Sequence record: OV754623
Source: Escherichia phage UGJNEcP1
DNA length: 64,000 bases
Direction: 5' to 3' (one strand)
The notes under the pieces: model-generated
Databases searched by the model: none
Seen by the model: only the letters and a program-made list of their open reading frames with translations
What the model was told of the DNA's origin: nothing
Part shown: positions 37,931 through 52,962 of the stretch, piece by piece
Position numbering within the stretch: the first letter of the stretch is position 1
Layout: every line of letters begins with the position of its first letter
Translations under genes and position numbers: made by a program

Positions 37931-38927
37931 TTCAAGTGTTATCTATCGTGCAATAGTTACATCAAAATTTAGAACAGAGAAAATGCTGAATTTTTATAAT
38001 TCAGTTGGGGATGGAGATGATAAGAACTCCATTTATATTACGTTTGGACGTTCAGAGCCTTGGGCGTCAAATGAAAATGAGGTGGGCTTCGCCCCACCTT
38101 ATCCTACAGATTCTGTTCTTGGTGTTACTGATATGTGGACCCATATGATGGGCACCGTTAAAGTTTTACCTTCAATGTTAGATTCTGTTATTCCTAGACG
38201 TGATTGGGGAGATGTGCGATATCCAGACCCTTACACGTTTAGAATTAACGATATAGTCGCATGTAATACTGCTCCGTACAACGCGACAGAAGTTGGAGCT
38301 GGTTGGTTAATTTACCGTTGTTTAGATGTCCCTGACGTAGGGCTCTGTTCAATAGAATCTTTAGATAATAAAGATGAATGTCTTAAATTAGGTGGTAAAT
38401 GGACCCCGTCTGTTCGTTCTATGTCTCCTCCTGAAGGCAGAGGCGATGCTAATGGGGTTATCGAAACTGGTGATGGATATATTTGGGAATATCTTTATGA
38501 GATTCCTGCCGATGTGTCAATTAACCGTTGCACTAATGAATATCTTGTAGTTCCATGGCCGGAAGAAATTAAAGAAGACCCCACCCGTTGGGGATATGAA
38601 AATAACTTAACTTGGCAACAAGATGACTACGGCTTGATTTACCGTGTTAAAGCCAATACGATGCGGTTTAAAGCATATTTTGATTCCGTTTATTTCCCTG
38701 AGGCAGCTTTGCCTGGTAACAAGGGGTTTAGACAGATATCAATTATCGCAAACCCATTAGAAGCTAAGAAAAATCCAAATGACCCTAATGTTAAAGCAGA
38801 AAAGGATTATTACGACCCTAGAGACCTGCAACGTCATTCCGGTGAAATGATTTATATGGAAAACCGACCACCTGTTATTATGGCAATGGACCAAACAGAA
38901 GAAATTAACATTTTGTTTATGTTTTAA
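37923..38927 (+). CDS. 8: baseplate wedge protein gp8
   Basis: 334 aa as in T4. Confidence 0.9.
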   Translation: MNDSSVIYRAIVTSKFRTEKMLNFYNSVGDGDDKNSIYITFGRSEPWASNENEVGFAPPYPTDSVLGVTDMWTHMMGTVKVLPSMLDSVIPRRDWGDVRYPDPYTFRINDIVACNTAPYNATEVGAGWLIYRCLDVPDVGLCSIESLDNKDECLKLGGKWTPSVRSMSPPEGRGDANGVIETGDGYIWEYLYEIPADVSINRCTNEYLVVPWPEEIKEDPTRWGYENNLTWQQDDYGLIYRVKANTMRFKAYFDSVYFPEAALPGNKGFRQISIIANPLEAKKNPNDPNVKAEKDYYDPRDLQRHSGEMIYMENRPPVIMAMDQTEEINILFMF

Positions 38928-38930
38928 TTA

Positions 38931-38956
38931 GGGAGCCTTCGGGCTCCCATTTTTGT
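38931..38956 (+). terminator. rho-independent terminator after gene 8
   Basis: GGGAGCC-TTCG-GGCTCCC followed by ATTTTTG. Confidence 0.75.
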
Positions 38957-38959
38957 GTC

Positions 38960-38967
38960 TATAAATA
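38960..38967 (+). promoter_or_regulatory. late promoter TATAAATA (gene 9)
   Basis: Exact octamer between genes 8 and 9. Confidence 0.65.
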
Positions 38968-38999
38968 GAATATAATATCGGACAACAAAAGGCAGAATT

Positions 39000-39872
39000 A
39001 TGGCATTTTTTAAGCAAACTCCTAAACAATTAATCGATACCGGCGAAATTGGTAATGCCTCAACAGGTGATATCTTATTCGACGGTGGTAATAAAATAAA
39101 TGACGATATCAACGCTATTTACAATGCATTTGGCGATCAACGTAAAATGGCCGTAGCAGATGGAACCGGACCTACAGGTCAAACTATTCATGCAACAGGT
39201 TATTATCAAAAAGGAAAGGCGGTCGATTATCAAACTCCTATTAAACCAGGCACTATGCATGATATTGATGCTTCTGATGGTGGTGTGATTGTTATTATTG
39301 ACCGTCCTGAATTAGGTGACTCTGTAGAATTCATAAACTCTAATGGGTCTATTTCTGTTAACAATCCTTTAAGTATCCAAGTAACTGATGGTTCAATTAA
39401 AGGTGTTCTTAATAATCTTGTTATTTCCACCCCTTATACCCATGTTGTTCTTCGTTGTGTTGAAATTAATGGGCCAACTTCAGTATGGAATTATTCTACT
39501 GATAGCATGTTTGGGCAGAAAGAATCTCCTGTCGATGGAACTTGGAGTCTTACAGGAAACACAGTTTCTATTCCTCTGTTTTATCGCACAGATTATAACA
39601 TGGCTAAATTGCTTGTTACATGTCAATCCGCCGACGGTAGAAAAATAAAAACATGCGAAATAAATATTCTAATAGATACAATTAACTCAGAAGTTCTTTC
39701 TACCGAATTTGCAGTAATGCGAGTTGGTAATGTAGATGAAACCGACGAGATTGCTAATATTAGCTTTAGTATTATTAACAACTTTGCTACTATGACGATT
39801 ACATCCGATATTATTGGATTACGTTCGGCAGTTAAAATTATCTCAACTCAGAAAATTGGGGTCGCTCAATAA
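39000..39872 (+). CDS. 9: baseplate wedge / long tail fibre attachment protein gp9
   Basis: 290 aa; late promoter and terminator upstream. Confidence 0.9.
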   Translation: MAFFKQTPKQLIDTGEIGNASTGDILFDGGNKINDDINAIYNAFGDQRKMAVADGTGPTGQTIHATGYYQKGKAVDYQTPIKPGTMHDIDASDGGVIVIIDRPELGDSVEFINSNGSISVNNPLSIQVTDGSIKGVLNNLVISTPYTHVVLRCVEINGPTSVWNYSTDSMFGQKESPVDGTWSLTGNTVSIPLFYRTDYNMAKLLVTCQSADGRKIKTCEINILIDTINSEVLSTEFAVMRVGNVDETDEIANISFSIINNFATMTITSDIIGLRSAVKIISTQKIGVAQ

Positions 39873-41677
39873 TGAAACAAAATATTAAAATTGGTAACGT
39901 CGTTGATGACGGACAAGGCGATTACCTTCGTCGAGGTGGTGAAAAAATAAATGAGAACTTTGACGAAATCTATTATGAATTAGGTGATGGTGAAGTTCCT
40001 TATGCCGCTGGCGCATGGAAGACTTATGATGCTGCTGATGGTCTTAATCTTAAGGCTGCTTGGGGTAAATCTTATGCAATTAATACTACTTCTGGACGAG
40101 TTTCAGTAAATCTTCCTAAAGGGACAATTGCAGACTATAATAAAGTTATTCGTGCTCGTGACGTATTTGCAACTTGGAACATTAACCCTGTTACTTTAAT
40201 TCCGGCAAACGGAGACACGATTAAAGGTTCTTCATCTCCGGTAGAAATTAACGTTCAGTTCTCTGATTTAGAATTAGTTTATTGTGCTCCTGGACGTTGG
40301 GAATACATCAAGAACAAACAAATTGATAAAATAGTTAGCTCTGACATTAGTAATGTTGCTCGTAGAGAATATCTGGTTGAAACCCAAGGTCAGACCGATT
40401 TTATGGATGTTTTTAACGGGACCTCTTATAACGTTAACAACATTCGCGTAAAACATCGTGGCAACGAATTGTATTATGGCGATGTATTCAGTGATAATAG
40501 TGATTTTGGTTCACCAGGCGATAATCCTGGTGAACTGGTTGCACTTGATGGATTTAATATTAGATTACGCCAACCATGTAATGTTGGGGACACTGTACAA
40601 ATTGAGACATTCCTAGATGGTGTTTCTCAGTGGCGTAGTTCATATACTCGTCGCCAAGTTCGCATTTTAGATAGTAAATTGACTGCTAAAAAGTCTATTG
40701 ACGGAAGTATTTACGTCACTGATTTGAGTACGTTCAGGTCTATTCCATTTACAGCATTTGGTATTAATCCTACAGAACCACCTAACCCGAATTCATTAGA
40801 AGTTCGCTTCAATGGTATTCTCCAAGAATTAGCTGGTACTGTTGGAACTCCTACTTTCCGTTGTGAAGGTGTGGATGCTGATTCTGAAGAGTCATGCGCT
40901 AATCTCGGTGGGACATGGACCCAATCGTATACAGATTATGCGATTGAATATACTGATAATATCCCTAGCGCAATTCTGTTTGACCGTCAATTTGAAGACC
41001 AAGACATTATTACCATCACATGGTTTAATAACGATTTAGGAACTCTTCTTGAAATGGAAGAAATTCTTGATGTCGCTGATGAGAAATATGTTTCTCAAGG
41101 GTCTAACATTGAAATTACTGGTGACGTTGCATTAACCGATTTCGATAAAATTGGATGGCCTAATGTAGAACCTGTTCCTAAGTATGAACGTGAATTCTCG
41201 ACTATCTCAGCAATATTTGACACAATTTATCCTGTCGGGACTATTTACGAAAATGCGGTTAACCCTAATAATCCGGCCACTTATTTAGGTTTTGGTTCGT
41301 GGAAAATTTGGGGACAAGGCAAAGTATTAGCAGGTTGGAATGATGACGCGTCGGATCCTAATTTTGCATTAAATAATAATGACCTCGACGTCAATAATAA
41401 CCCTACTCATACCGCAGGTGGTACCGTTGGTGTAACATCCATCACATTAGAAAATGCTGATTTACCAGCTACACAAACCGATGAAAAGGTTCTTATTTCT
41501 GATGATAATGGTACAGTAATTATAGGCGGTTGCCAATACGACCCGGATGAAGAAGGTCCTATTTACACTAAATATCGTGAAGACTATGCAAAGACTAACG
41601 GATCTCATGTTCCAGCACGTTCTATAACTAATATTCAGCCATCTATAACTGTATACCGTTGGGTAAGGATTGCATAA
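39872..41677 (+). CDS. 10: baseplate wedge / tail pin protein gp10
   Basis: 601 aa; order. Confidence 0.9.
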   Translation: MKQNIKIGNVVDDGQGDYLRRGGEKINENFDEIYYELGDGEVPYAAGAWKTYDAADGLNLKAAWGKSYAINTTSGRVSVNLPKGTIADYNKVIRARDVFATWNINPVTLIPANGDTIKGSSSPVEINVQFSDLELVYCAPGRWEYIKNKQIDKIVSSDISNVARREYLVETQGQTDFMDVFNGTSYNVNNIRVKHRGNELYYGDVFSDNSDFGSPGDNPGELVALDGFNIRLRQPCNVGDTVQIETFLDGVSQWRSSYTRRQVRILDSKLTAKKSIDGSIYVTDLSTFRSIPFTAFGINPTEPPNPNSLEVRFNGILQELAGTVGTPTFRCEGVDADSEESCANLGGTWTQSYTDYAIEYTDNIPSAILFDRQFEDQDIITITWFNNDLGTLLEMEEILDVADEKYVSQGSNIEITGDVALTDFDKIGWPNVEPVPKYEREFSTISAIFDTIYPVGTIYENAVNPNNPATYLGFGSWKIWGQGKVLAGWNDDASDPNFALNNNDLDVNNNPTHTAGGTVGVTSITLENADLPATQTDEKVLISDDNGTVIIGGCQYDPDEEGPIYTKYREDYAKTNGSHVPARSITNIQPSITVYRWVRIA

Positions 41678-42336
41678 TGACTGTACTTAATACAAAGGCG
41701 GGAGTTATTTCCCGTCATGCTGATTTTTTGAATTACAGAAAAAATCCGGCTCAAATTGATGTTTTAAACAACCAAGCTGTAGGTTCCGTGACTATTTCTC
41801 AGTTAGCTCGCGGTTTTTATGATGCTAACGTAGAATCTGCAATAAATGATGTCCATAATATGGCACGAGCCGATATTGGTACTGTTGTCACAAACACTTC
41901 AGGCATATCGCCTGAAGGTACAGCACAAGTTGATTATTGGACTTTTTCCGGTGATGTTCTCGACGATACTTTGGACACTGGAACGCCAGTCGTTATTAAC
42001 GTATTTGGACTTGCTGTTAAAGCAACAATCGGTATGACTGATAACGAATTAACGGCACAAGTTCGTATAGCTTTACAAGAAGCCATTGCTAATCAAATCG
42101 CTATTTCTTCTTATAAAGACCATCCGTCTGAAGGTAATAAACTTCAGGTGACATATTTAGATAACCAACGTCATGTGTTGCCGACATATGCTTCGTTTGG
42201 TGTAACAATTTCGCAAGAAATTTTGTCTGAAGCAAAATCCGGATACGGAACATGGAATTTATTGGGTGCCCAAACGGTTACTCTTGATAACCATGATACT
42301 CCTACCGTTTTCTACCACTTTGTGAGAGCCTCATGA
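41677..42336 (+). CDS. 11: baseplate wedge / short tail fibre attachment protein gp11
   Basis: 219 aa from MTVLNT (TAATG junction). Confidence 0.9.
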   Translation: MTVLNTKAGVISRHADFLNYRKNPAQIDVLNNQAVGSVTISQLARGFYDANVESAINDVHNMARADIGTVVTNTSGISPEGTAQVDYWTFSGDVLDDTLDTGTPVVINVFGLAVKATIGMTDNELTAQVRIALQEAIANQIAISSYKDHPSEGNKLQVTYLDNQRHVLPTYASFGVTISQEILSEAKSGYGTWNLLGAQTVTLDNHDTPTVFYHFVRAS

Positions 42337-43916
42337 GTAATAACAATACATACCAACACGTTTCAAACGAATCCATTTACGTTGAATTCGACCCTACGGG
42401 GTCGAATTTTCCAGATACAGTCACTAATGTCCAAGCCGCATTAGCTGCCATTTCTCCTTCAGGTGTTAATGGCGTACCGGAAGCAACAACTACTACACCA
42501 GGAATTATTCAAATAGCTACTCCACAAGAAGTTATTGATGGATTAGATAATAGTAAAGCTGTTACTCCGGCATCACTGAATGCTCGTCTACAATATCCTA
42601 ATGCATCCGAAACTCAATATGGCTTAACTCGTTATGCTACTGAAGATGAAGCAGTAACAGGAACTATTGACGATGCATCGATTACTCCGCTTAAATTGAA
42701 TCAAAAAATAGACGATGTATTTCAGACAAAAGTGTCAACAGAAGCAACAAATGGTGTAATTAAAATTTCAACTTCTGCTGCGGCATTAGCCGGTTCTGAT
42801 GATACGACGGCAATGACTCCGTTAAAAACGCAACAATTAGCAATTAAACTTATTTCGCAAATTGCTCCAAATAATAGTGACGCCACCGAATCTATTACCG
42901 GTGTTGTTCGTTTGGCTACAGTTGCTCAAGCGCAACAAGGCACCCTACGTGAAGGCTATGCAATTTCACCTTATACCTTTATGAATTCAGTAGCATCAGA
43001 AACTAATAAAGGTGTCGTTAAACTAGGGACACAGACTGAAGTAAATAGTAACAACTCTTCAGCTGTAGTGACCGGCGCAACATTAAACGGACGTGGTGCT
43101 ACAACTTCTTTACGTGGAGTTGTTCGTTTAACTACACAAGCGGGTAGCCAATCAGGAGGTGATGGTTCTTCTGCCCTTGCTTGGAATGCTGATGTTATCC
43201 ACCAACGAGGCGGACAAACTATTAATGGCACGCTTCGCATTAATAATACGTTGACGGTTGGTTCTGGTGGCGCTAATATAACGGGTAATGTCAATATGAC
43301 CGGTGGTTATATTCAAGGCAATCGTATTGTGACTCAAAATGAATTAGACCGAATTCTTCCAGTTGGCGCTATTACAATGTGGGCTGCAGATAGTTTACCG
43401 AGTTCTGACTGGCGCTTCTGTCACGGTGGGACCGTTTCTGCTTCAGAATGTCCGGTATATGCTTCCAGAATTGGGACACGATATGGTGGTAGTTCTTCTA
43501 ACCCAGGCTTGCCTGATATGCGTGGATTATTTGTTCGTGGCTCAGGTCGTGGCTCTCACTTAACAAATCCAAATGTTAATGGTAATGACCAGTTTGGTAA
43601 GCCTAGATTAGGTGTAGGTTGTACTGGTGGATATGTTGGTGAAGTACAGAAACAACAGATGTCTTATCATAAACACGCTGGCGGATTTGGTGAGCATGAT
43701 GATTCTGGAGCATTCGGTAATACCCGTAGATCAAATTTTGTTGGTACACGTAAAGGACTTGACTGGGATAACCGTTCATACTTCACCAATGACGGATATG
43801 AAATTGACCCGGCATCACAACGAAATTCCAAATATACATTAAATCGTCCTGAATTAATTGGAAATGAAACACGCCCATGGAACATTTCTTTAAACTATAT
43901 CATTAAGGTAAAATAA
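42333..43916 (+). CDS. 12: short tail fibre protein gp12
   Basis: 527 aa as in T4. Confidence 0.9.
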   Translation: MSNNNTYQHVSNESIYVEFDPTGSNFPDTVTNVQAALAAISPSGVNGVPEATTTTPGIIQIATPQEVIDGLDNSKAVTPASLNARLQYPNASETQYGLTRYATEDEAVTGTIDDASITPLKLNQKIDDVFQTKVSTEATNGVIKISTSAAALAGSDDTTAMTPLKTQQLAIKLISQIAPNNSDATESITGVVRLATVAQAQQGTLREGYAISPYTFMNSVASETNKGVVKLGTQTEVNSNNSSAVVTGATLNGRGATTSLRGVVRLTTQAGSQSGGDGSSALAWNADVIHQRGGQTINGTLRINNTLTVGSGGANITGNVNMTGGYIQGNRIVTQNELDRILPVGAITMWAADSLPSSDWRFCHGGTVSASECPVYASRIGTRYGGSSSNPGLPDMRGLFVRGSGRGSHLTNPNVNGNDQFGKPRLGVGCTGGYVGEVQKQQMSYHKHAGGFGEHDDSGAFGNTRRSNFVGTRKGLDWDNRSYFTNDGYEIDPASQRNSKYTLNRPELIGNETRPWNISLNYIIKVK

Positions 43917-45364
43917 TGGCTGATATAACTCTGGTAGATTTACCATATGTTGACGGCCCGCCAGACGCGGGTCAGAGTCGTATTGAATGGATTAAAAACG
44001 ATGAAGAAATAACAGGTGCTGACACAAAATACGGTTCTGAAGGTGTAATGAACCGTCCTATTGTTGAAGTTCAACGTAACGTAGAAGCGTTAGATGTTAA
44101 TATTAAAACTATAGCATCTTCTTTGAATACGGCCAATGAAGATATCAAAGTTATTCAAGGTATTTTAGATGTTTCCGGGGATGTTGATGCTCTTGCACAG
44201 ATAGGCCAGAACACCCAAGATATTGATGTCATTAAAGTCACAGTTCAAACCCATGCCAGTGAATTGAATGATTTGAATGAACATATTGATGCGAATACTG
44301 ATGATATTGGTGTTTATAATCAGGAAACAGATTCAGTTTATAGAACGGTTCGTAACGACCTGCTTTGGATTAAAAATGAATTAGGACAATATACTGGTCA
44401 AGATATTAATGGGGTTCCTACTCCAGGAAATGATAGTACTGGTATGAAACGCCGTATTATGACTAATAGCTCTGTAATTGTTGACCATGGTGTTCGTTTA
44501 ACCGATTTAGAAACTAAATTTGCTGATTCTGACGTCGGCTCTTTAACTATTGAAGTTGAACACTTGCGCGAAGAAATGGGACCTCGTACTTCTTTCACTA
44601 CTCCAGTGTTTAGTCGTCTTTCCGGTATTGATTTAACTTTGTCACGTCAAAATGCTGACTTGGACGGCATTAAACAGTCTATTGGATATCCTAATACGAC
44701 TTCTATTATTACTACCACTAATGCAAATAGTTCAGCAATAAACGACATTAATCTTGAGCTCAATCAATCTGGTGGTATTAAACCTCGTTTGACTACGGTA
44801 GAAACTGCCATTGGCTCTGATGATTTGCCTACTACAATCCAAGGACGTATTAAACTCAATACTGATGCTATCGGAGCATTGAACACTGTTGTCGGCTCTG
44901 ATTCTTCGTCAGGACTGCGTTTTAATGTGTCATGGCTAAATAACGTAGTTGGTGTTGACGCTTCAGGTGGGAAACCGGAACCAGACGGCTCTTTGCTTTA
45001 TCGTACTCGAGAGCTTGAAGGAACTATCAGTGGGATGAGTAATGACATTCAGAACATTCAAACTGATGTTGGGACTAATAGCACAGGAATTAAGGGTTCT
45101 GTAAACACATTAAATACTCTTATAAATGGCACCAACCCAAATGGTTCGACTGTTGAAGAACGCGGTATATTGCCTACAGTTAAAAGTCATGATACGACAA
45201 TTAATGGTTTAACTTCTAGAATTGCTACTCTTGAAACTGATTTAGCCGCTGCAGAAGCTGAAATCCAAACTCTTAAGGAAGCTGGATATATTGAAGATGC
45301 TCCTTCAGACGGTAAATTCTATGTTCGCAAAGATGGTGCATGGGTTGAACTTCCTACAGCTTAA
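43916..45364 (+). CDS. wac: fibritin (whisker antigen control)
   Basis: 482-aa coiled-coil protein with foldon-like C-terminus GYIEDAPSDGKFYVRKDGAWVELP. Confidence 0.9.
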   Translation: MADITLVDLPYVDGPPDAGQSRIEWIKNDEEITGADTKYGSEGVMNRPIVEVQRNVEALDVNIKTIASSLNTANEDIKVIQGILDVSGDVDALAQIGQNTQDIDVIKVTVQTHASELNDLNEHIDANTDDIGVYNQETDSVYRTVRNDLLWIKNELGQYTGQDINGVPTPGNDSTGMKRRIMTNSSVIVDHGVRLTDLETKFADSDVGSLTIEVEHLREEMGPRTSFTTPVFSRLSGIDLTLSRQNADLDGIKQSIGYPNTTSIITTTNANSSAINDINLELNQSGGIKPRLTTVETAIGSDDLPTTIQGRIKLNTDAIGALNTVVGSDSSSGLRFNVSWLNNVVGVDASGGKPEPDGSLLYRTRELEGTISGMSNDIQNIQTDVGTNSTGIKGSVNTLNTLINGTNPNGSTVEERGILPTVKSHDTTINGLTSRIATLETDLAAAEAEIQTLKEAGYIEDAPSDGKFYVRKDGAWVELPTA

Positions 45365-45396
45365 TGAAAAGGGCCTTCGGGCCCTAAAGGATTTAT

Positions 45397-46323
45397 ATGT
45401 CAGGTTATAATGCACAAAACCCTAAAGAATTAAAGGACGTAATATTACGTCGTTTAGGCGCTCCTATTGTAAATGTTGAATTAACTACAGACCAAATTTA
45501 TGATTGTATTTCACGAGCGTTAGAACTTTATGGCGAATACCATTTTGACGGGTTGAATAAAGGTTTCCATGTATTTTTTGTTGATGACGAAGAAAAATAC
45601 CGTCACGGCGTATTTGATATGCGTGGTTCTAACGTATTTGCCGTAACAAGAATTATAAGAACAAATGTTGGCTCTATTACTTCAATGGATGGTAATGCAA
45701 CTTATCCATGGTTCACCGATTTCCTTTTAGGAATGGCTGGTGTTTCAGGTGGTATGGGTAGTAATTGTGGTAAATTCTACGGTCCGAATGCTTTTGGCGC
45801 TGACCTCGGGTATTATTCTCAATTAGTATCTTATATGGGTATGCTTCAAGATATGATTGCTCCTCTTCCAGATTTTTGGTTTAACTCTGCAAACGAGCAA
45901 TTAAAAGTAATGGGTAACTTTAGACAGAAAGATGTCATTATCGTTGAATCGTATGTTCGCTCTTATATCGAGACCCATAAGATGGTAGGAAATACAGTAG
46001 GGTATGGTCAGGTAGGTCCTCGTGATTCATGGTCTATTTCTGAACGTTATGATAATCCAGACCATAATTTGGTCGGACGTCGAGTTGGTGAAGATCCTGC
46101 AACTAAACAAGGCGCATATAACAACCGCTGGGTTAAAGATTATGCGACTGCATTAGCTAAAGAGCTTAATGGACAAATTCTTGCTAAACATCAAGGTATG
46201 ATGTTACCGGGTGGCGTCACTGTTGATGGTGTTCGATTAATTGAAGAAGCTCGTTTAGAGAAAGAAGCTTTACGAGAAGAGTCATATTTACTGGACCCTC
46301 CTGCAGGTATTTTGGTAGGTTAA
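45397..46323 (+). CDS. 13: head completion / neck protein gp13
   Basis: 308 aa; order. Confidence 0.9.
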   Translation: MSGYNAQNPKELKDVILRRLGAPIVNVELTTDQIYDCISRALELYGEYHFDGLNKGFHVFFVDDEEKYRHGVFDMRGSNVFAVTRIIRTNVGSITSMDGNATYPWFTDFLLGMAGVSGGMGSNCGKFYGPNAFGADLGYYSQLVSYMGMLQDMIAPLPDFWFNSANEQLKVMGNFRQKDVIIVESYVRSYIETHKMVGNTVGYGQVGPRDSWSISERYDNPDHNLVGRRVGEDPATKQGAYNNRWVKDYATALAKELNGQILAKHQGMMLPGGVTVDGVRLIEEARLEKEALREESYLLDPPAGILVG

Positions 46324-46324
46324 T

Positions 46325-47089
46325 ATGGCAACTTATGATAAAAATCTTTTCGCCAAACTAGAAAATCGTGGTGGGTATTCTCAGACAAATGAAACCGAAA
46401 TCCTCAACCCATTTGTCAATTTTAATAATTATGAGAATAGTCAGACATTAGCCGATGTTCTAGTGGCAGAAAGCATACAGATGCGCGGTATTGAATGTTT
46501 TTATGTTCCACGTGAATATGTTGCCGTGGACCTTATCTTTGGCGAGGACCTTAAAAATAAATTTACTAAAGCATGGAAATTTGCTGCATATCTGAACTCT
46601 TTTGAAGGTTATGAAGGAGCGAAATCGTTCTTCAGCAACTTCGGAATGCAAGTTCAAGACGAAGTTACATTATCTATTAACCCGGGTCTTTTCAAACACC
46701 AGGTCAACAATCAGGAGCCCAAGGAAGGTGATTTAATATACTTCCCAATGGATAACAGTTTGTTTGAGATTAACTGGGTTGAACCATATGACCCATTCTA
46801 TCAAGTAGGTAAAAATGCGATTCGTAAAATTACTGCAGGCAAGTTTATTTACTCTGGCGAAGAAATCAATCCGGTGCTTCAGAAAAATGAAGGTATCAAT
46901 ATACCTGAATTTAGTGACTTGGAACTTAACCCTGTTAGAAATCTTGACGGTATCCATGACATTAATATCGATGAATATTCTGAAGTTGAGCAAATCAATT
47001 CAGAGGCAAGTGAATACGTTGAGCCGTATGTAGTAGTTAACAACCGTGGTAGACAAAATTCACCATTTGACGATGGGTTTATGAATTAA
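46325..47089 (+). CDS. 14: neck protein gp14
   Basis: 254 aa; order. Confidence 0.9.
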   Translation: MATYDKNLFAKLENRGGYSQTNETEILNPFVNFNNYENSQTLADVLVAESIQMRGIECFYVPREYVAVDLIFGEDLKNKFTKAWKFAAYLNSFEGYEGAKSFFSNFGMQVQDEVTLSINPGLFKHQVNNQEPKEGDLIYFPMDNSLFEINWVEPYDPFYQVGKNAIRKITAGKFIYSGEEINPVLQKNEGINIPEFSDLELNPVRNLDGIHDINIDEYSEVEQINSEASEYVEPYVVVNNRGRQNSPFDDGFMN

Positions 47090-47138
47090 TAAATAGATAA
47101 GATAAAGCAAACACCGGTCGAAAGGCCGGTTAGGAGAA

Positions 47139-47963
47139 ATGATGTTTGGCTATTTTTACAACTCGTCGTTCAGGCGATATATCACAATGATGGGCGATTT
47201 GTTTTCAAATATCCAAGTTAACCGTCAATTGTCTACAGGCAATAAATTAATTAGAGTTCCTATTACGTATGCATCTAAAGAGCACTTTATGATGAAACTT
47301 AATAAATGGACCTCTATAAACTCACAAGAAGATGCGGCTAAAGTCGAAACTATTCTACCACGTATAAATCTCCAAATGGTGGATTTCGTTTATAACCCAA
47401 CGTTTAAAACGAATATATTGAATAACTCTCTTTTGAGTAAATCGACTAAGGATATTGTAGACCAATACAACCCATCACCAATTAAAATGATTTTTGAACT
47501 GAGCATCTTTACTCGTTATGAAGATGATATGTTCCAAATCGTTGAGCAAATTATTCCATATTTTCAGCCGCATTTTAATACGACTATGATTGAGCAATAT
47601 GGGCAGGATATTCCGTTTGAAAGGGATATTAAAGTCGTATGGATGGCAGCAGCAATGGATGAACAAATAGACGGTGATAATTTATCTCGTCGACGTTTAG
47701 AGTGGTCATTAACATTTGAAGTAAATGGATGGATGTATCCTCCGGTAGGCGCAGCTGAAGGCCTTATTAAAACGACTTATCTTGATTTTCATGCTAACGA
47801 ACGAGACCTTCAAACAGCCGCCAGTGTTTTTGAATCAGTTGATACAGAAATTAAACCGAGAGACGTTGAAGCACAAGATTGGAATGGCGAAGTTGAACAA
47901 ACTTATACTCATGATATTCCAATCCCGACTCCACCAACCCCTCCTGGTCCTAGAAAACAATAA
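47139..47963 (+). CDS. 15: tail sheath stabiliser / completion protein gp15
   Basis: MFGYFYNSSFRRY... matches T4 gp15. Confidence 0.9.
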   Translation: MMFGYFYNSSFRRYITMMGDLFSNIQVNRQLSTGNKLIRVPITYASKEHFMMKLNKWTSINSQEDAAKVETILPRINLQMVDFVYNPTFKTNILNNSLLSKSTKDIVDQYNPSPIKMIFELSIFTRYEDDMFQIVEQIIPYFQPHFNTTMIEQYGQDIPFERDIKVVWMAAAMDEQIDGDNLSRRRLEWSLTFEVNGWMYPPVGAAEGLIKTTYLDFHANERDLQTAASVFESVDTEIKPRDVEAQDWNGEVEQTYTHDIPIPTPPTPPGPRKQ

Positions 47964-50292
<2,329 letters not shown>

Positions 50293-50319
50293 AAATAAAG
50301 CAAATTAAGAGGAATTAAA

Positions 50320-52302
50320 ATGGCACTTCTCTCTCCGGGCGTTGAGCTCAAAGAAACTACCGTACAGAGTACTGTAGTTAATAACTCCACTGGTACTGCT
50401 GCCCTGGCTGGAAAATTCCAATGGGGACCTGCATTCCAGATTAAACAAATCACTGATGAAGTTGCATTGGTTGATATGTTTGGTACTCCTAATACAGATA
50501 CAGCAGATTATTTCATGTCTGCTATGAACTTCCTTCAATATGGTAATGACCTTCGTGTTGTACGCGCAGTTGATCGTGATACTGCTAAGAACTCATCTCC
50601 TGTAGCAGGCAATATTGAATTCACAATCTCTGCTGCTGGTAGTAACTATGCAGTCGGTGATAAAATTATCGTTAAGTATTTGACCGAAACTGTTGAAGCA
50701 GATGGTTATGTCACTTCAGTTGATGTCGATGGTAAAATTCTTAACATTTATATCCCAACCGGTAAAATTATTGCTCGTGCAAAAGAAATTAATGAATATC
50801 CGGCATTGGGTTCTAACTGGACCGCCGAAGTTGCCAGTTCTTCTTCTGGACTCTCTGGCGTTATTACAATTGGTTCTATCGTAACCGATTCGGGTATTCT
50901 GTTAACTGAAGTTGAAACTTCTGAAGAAGCTATTACTTCTCTAACTTTCCAAGAATCTATTAAAAAATATGGTGTCCCAGGCGTAGTTGCTCTTTATCCT
51001 GGTGAACTTGGCGACCAGCTCGAAATTGAAATCGTATCTAAAGCAGACTACGACAAAGGTGCTTCAGCCCAGTTAAAAATTTATCCTGATGGTGGTACTC
51101 GTGCATCTACTGCTAAAGCAATATTTGGGTATGGCCCACAAACTGATGACCAATATGCAATTATCGTTCGTCGTAACGATGCTGTAGTTCAGAGCGTAAT
51201 TCTTTCTACTAAACGCGGTGAACGCGATATTTATGGTAGTAATATCTTTATTGATGATTTCTTTGCTAAAGGCGCAAGCAATTATATTTTCGCTACTGCA
51301 CAAGGTTGGCCAAAAGGTTTCTCTGGCGTAATCAAACTGGGTGGTGGCTTATCATCCAATGAAACGGTTGACGCTGGTGATTTAATGGAAGCTTGGGATT
51401 TGTTTGCTGACCGCGAATCTGTTAATGCGCAGTTGTTTATTGCAGGTTCTTGTGCAGGTGAATCTTTAGAAGTTGCTTCTACAGTTCAGAAACATGTTGT
51501 AGCAATTGGTGATTCTCGCCAAGATTGCTTGGTTCTTTGCTCACCGCCACGTGCAACTATAGTCGGTATTCCTGTTAATCGTGCAGTTGATAATCTGGTT
51601 GATTGGCGTACTGCGTCAGGAACTTACACTGATAATAACTTTAATGTAAGTTCTACTTATGCCGCTATTGACGGTAACTATAAATATCAATATGATAAAT
51701 ATAATGATGTGAATCGTTGGGTTCCGTTAGCTGCTGATATCGCCGGTCTTTGTGCTCGCACAGACAATATTTCTCAGCCTTGGATGTCTCCTGCTGGTTA
51801 TAATCGTGGACAAATTCTTAACGTTATTAAGCTTGCAATTGAAACTCGTCAACCACAGCGTGATCGTTTGTATCAGGAAGCTATTAACCCTGTTACTGGT
51901 ACCGGTGGTGATGGGTATGTTCTGTACGGTGATAAAACTGCCACTTCTGTTCCTTCACCATTTGACCGTATTAACGTTCGTCGTTTGTTCAATATGGTTA
52001 AAACGAACATTGGTTCAGCATCCAAATATCGTCTGTTTGAATTGAACAACGCATTTACCCGTTCTTCTTTCCGTACAGAGACTTCTCAATATCTACAGGG
52101 TATTAAAGCTCTCGGTGGTGTATATAACTTTAAAGTTGTTTGTGATACTACCAATAACACCCCAGCAGTTATCGACCGTAATGAATTTGTAGCTACTTTC
52201 TACTTACAACCTGCCCGCTCGATAAATTATATTACGTTGAACTTTGTAGCAACAGCAACTGGTGCCGATTTCGACGAACTGATTGGTGCTGTAGGTGGTT
52301 AA
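50320..52302 (+). CDS. 18: tail sheath protein gp18
   Basis: 660 aa; late promoter at 50285-50292. Confidence 0.95.
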   Translation: MALLSPGVELKETTVQSTVVNNSTGTAALAGKFQWGPAFQIKQITDEVALVDMFGTPNTDTADYFMSAMNFLQYGNDLRVVRAVDRDTAKNSSPVAGNIEFTISAAGSNYAVGDKIIVKYLTETVEADGYVTSVDVDGKILNIYIPTGKIIARAKEINEYPALGSNWTAEVASSSSGLSGVITIGSIVTDSGILLTEVETSEEAITSLTFQESIKKYGVPGVVALYPGELGDQLEIEIVSKADYDKGASAQLKIYPDGGTRASTAKAIFGYGPQTDDQYAIIVRRNDAVVQSVILSTKRGERDIYGSNIFIDDFFAKGASNYIFATAQGWPKGFSGVIKLGGGLSSNETVDAGDLMEAWDLFADRESVNAQLFIAGSCAGESLEVASTVQKHVVAIGDSRQDCLVLCSPPRATIVGIPVNRAVDNLVDWRTASGTYTDNNFNVSSTYAAIDGNYKYQYDKYNDVNRWVPLAADIAGLCARTDNISQPWMSPAGYNRGQILNVIKLAIETRQPQRDRLYQEAINPVTGTGGDGYVLYGDKTATSVPSPFDRINVRRLFNMVKTNIGSASKYRLFELNNAFTRSSFRTETSQYLQGIKALGGVYNFKVVCDTTNNTPAVIDRNEFVATFYLQPARSINYITLNFVATATGADFDELIGAVGG

Positions 52303-52316
52303 TAAGACGCCTGATG

Positions 52317-52334
52317 GGCTATTTCGGTAGCCCA
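52317..52334 (+). terminator. hairpin after gene 18
   Basis: GGGCTA-TTTCGG-TAGCCC stem-loop; weak U-tract. Confidence 0.45.
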
Positions 52335-52342
52335 TATAAATA
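52335..52342 (+). promoter_or_regulatory. late promoter TATAAATA (gene 19)
   Basis: Exact octamer after gene 18 terminator hairpin. Confidence 0.65.
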
Positions 52343-52414
52343 TACTATATCGTTTAAAAATTAATTCTATGGGCATCAGGTTAATCCTAAGCCCATATTA
52401 CTACAGAGGCTAAT

Positions 52415-52906
52415 ATGTTTGTAGATGACGTAACTCGTGCCTTCGAATCAGGTGATTTCGCTCGCCCTAACCTGTTCGAAGTAGAAATCTCTTATCTTGG
52501 GCAAAACTTTAGCTTCCAGTGTCGTGCTACGGCTCTTCCTGCTGCTATCGTTGAAAAGGTTCCTGTTTCTTATATGAACCGTAAAATTAACGTGGCCGGT
52601 GATCGTACATTCGATGATTGGACTATTACAGTAATGAACGATGATGCTCATAGCATTCGTCAGAAATTTGTTGATTGGCAAGGTATTGCAGCAGGACAAG
52701 GTAATGAAATTACCGGTGGTAAACCTGCTGAATATAAAAAGACTGCTATCGTTCGTCAATTTGCTCGTGATGCTAAAACGGTCACTAAAGAAGTTGAAAT
52801 TGTCGGCTTGTGGCCTACTAACGTTGGCGAAGTATCTCTTGACTGGGACAGCAATAACGAGATTGAAACGTTCGAAGTAACTCTTGCTCTTGATTGGTGG
52901 GAATAA
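52415..52906 (+). CDS. 19: tail tube protein gp19
   Basis: 163 aa; late promoter at 52335-52342. Confidence 0.95.
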   Translation: MFVDDVTRAFESGDFARPNLFEVEISYLGQNFSFQCRATALPAAIVEKVPVSYMNRKINVAGDRTFDDWTITVMNDDAHSIRQKFVDWQGIAAGQGNEITGGKPAEYKKTAIVRQFARDAKTVTKEVEIVGLWPTNVGEVSLDWDSNNEIETFEVTLALDWWE

Positions 52907-52954
52907 TCTGGTTGGGGAGAAATCCCCAGCTTCCCGTGATGACGGAGAAGTCCA

Positions 52955-52962
52955 TATAAATA
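52955..52962 (+). promoter_or_regulatory. late promoter TATAAATA (gene 20)
   Basis: Exact octamer ~30 nt upstream of gene 20. Confidence 0.65.

Noticed and set aside
52306-52394. Apparent long inverted repeat (cctgatgggc ... gggcatcagg) flanking the gene 18-19 intergenic region
   Set aside because: On exact comparison the arms are not complementary (cctgatggg vs cctgatgcc); only the short terminator hairpin is real.
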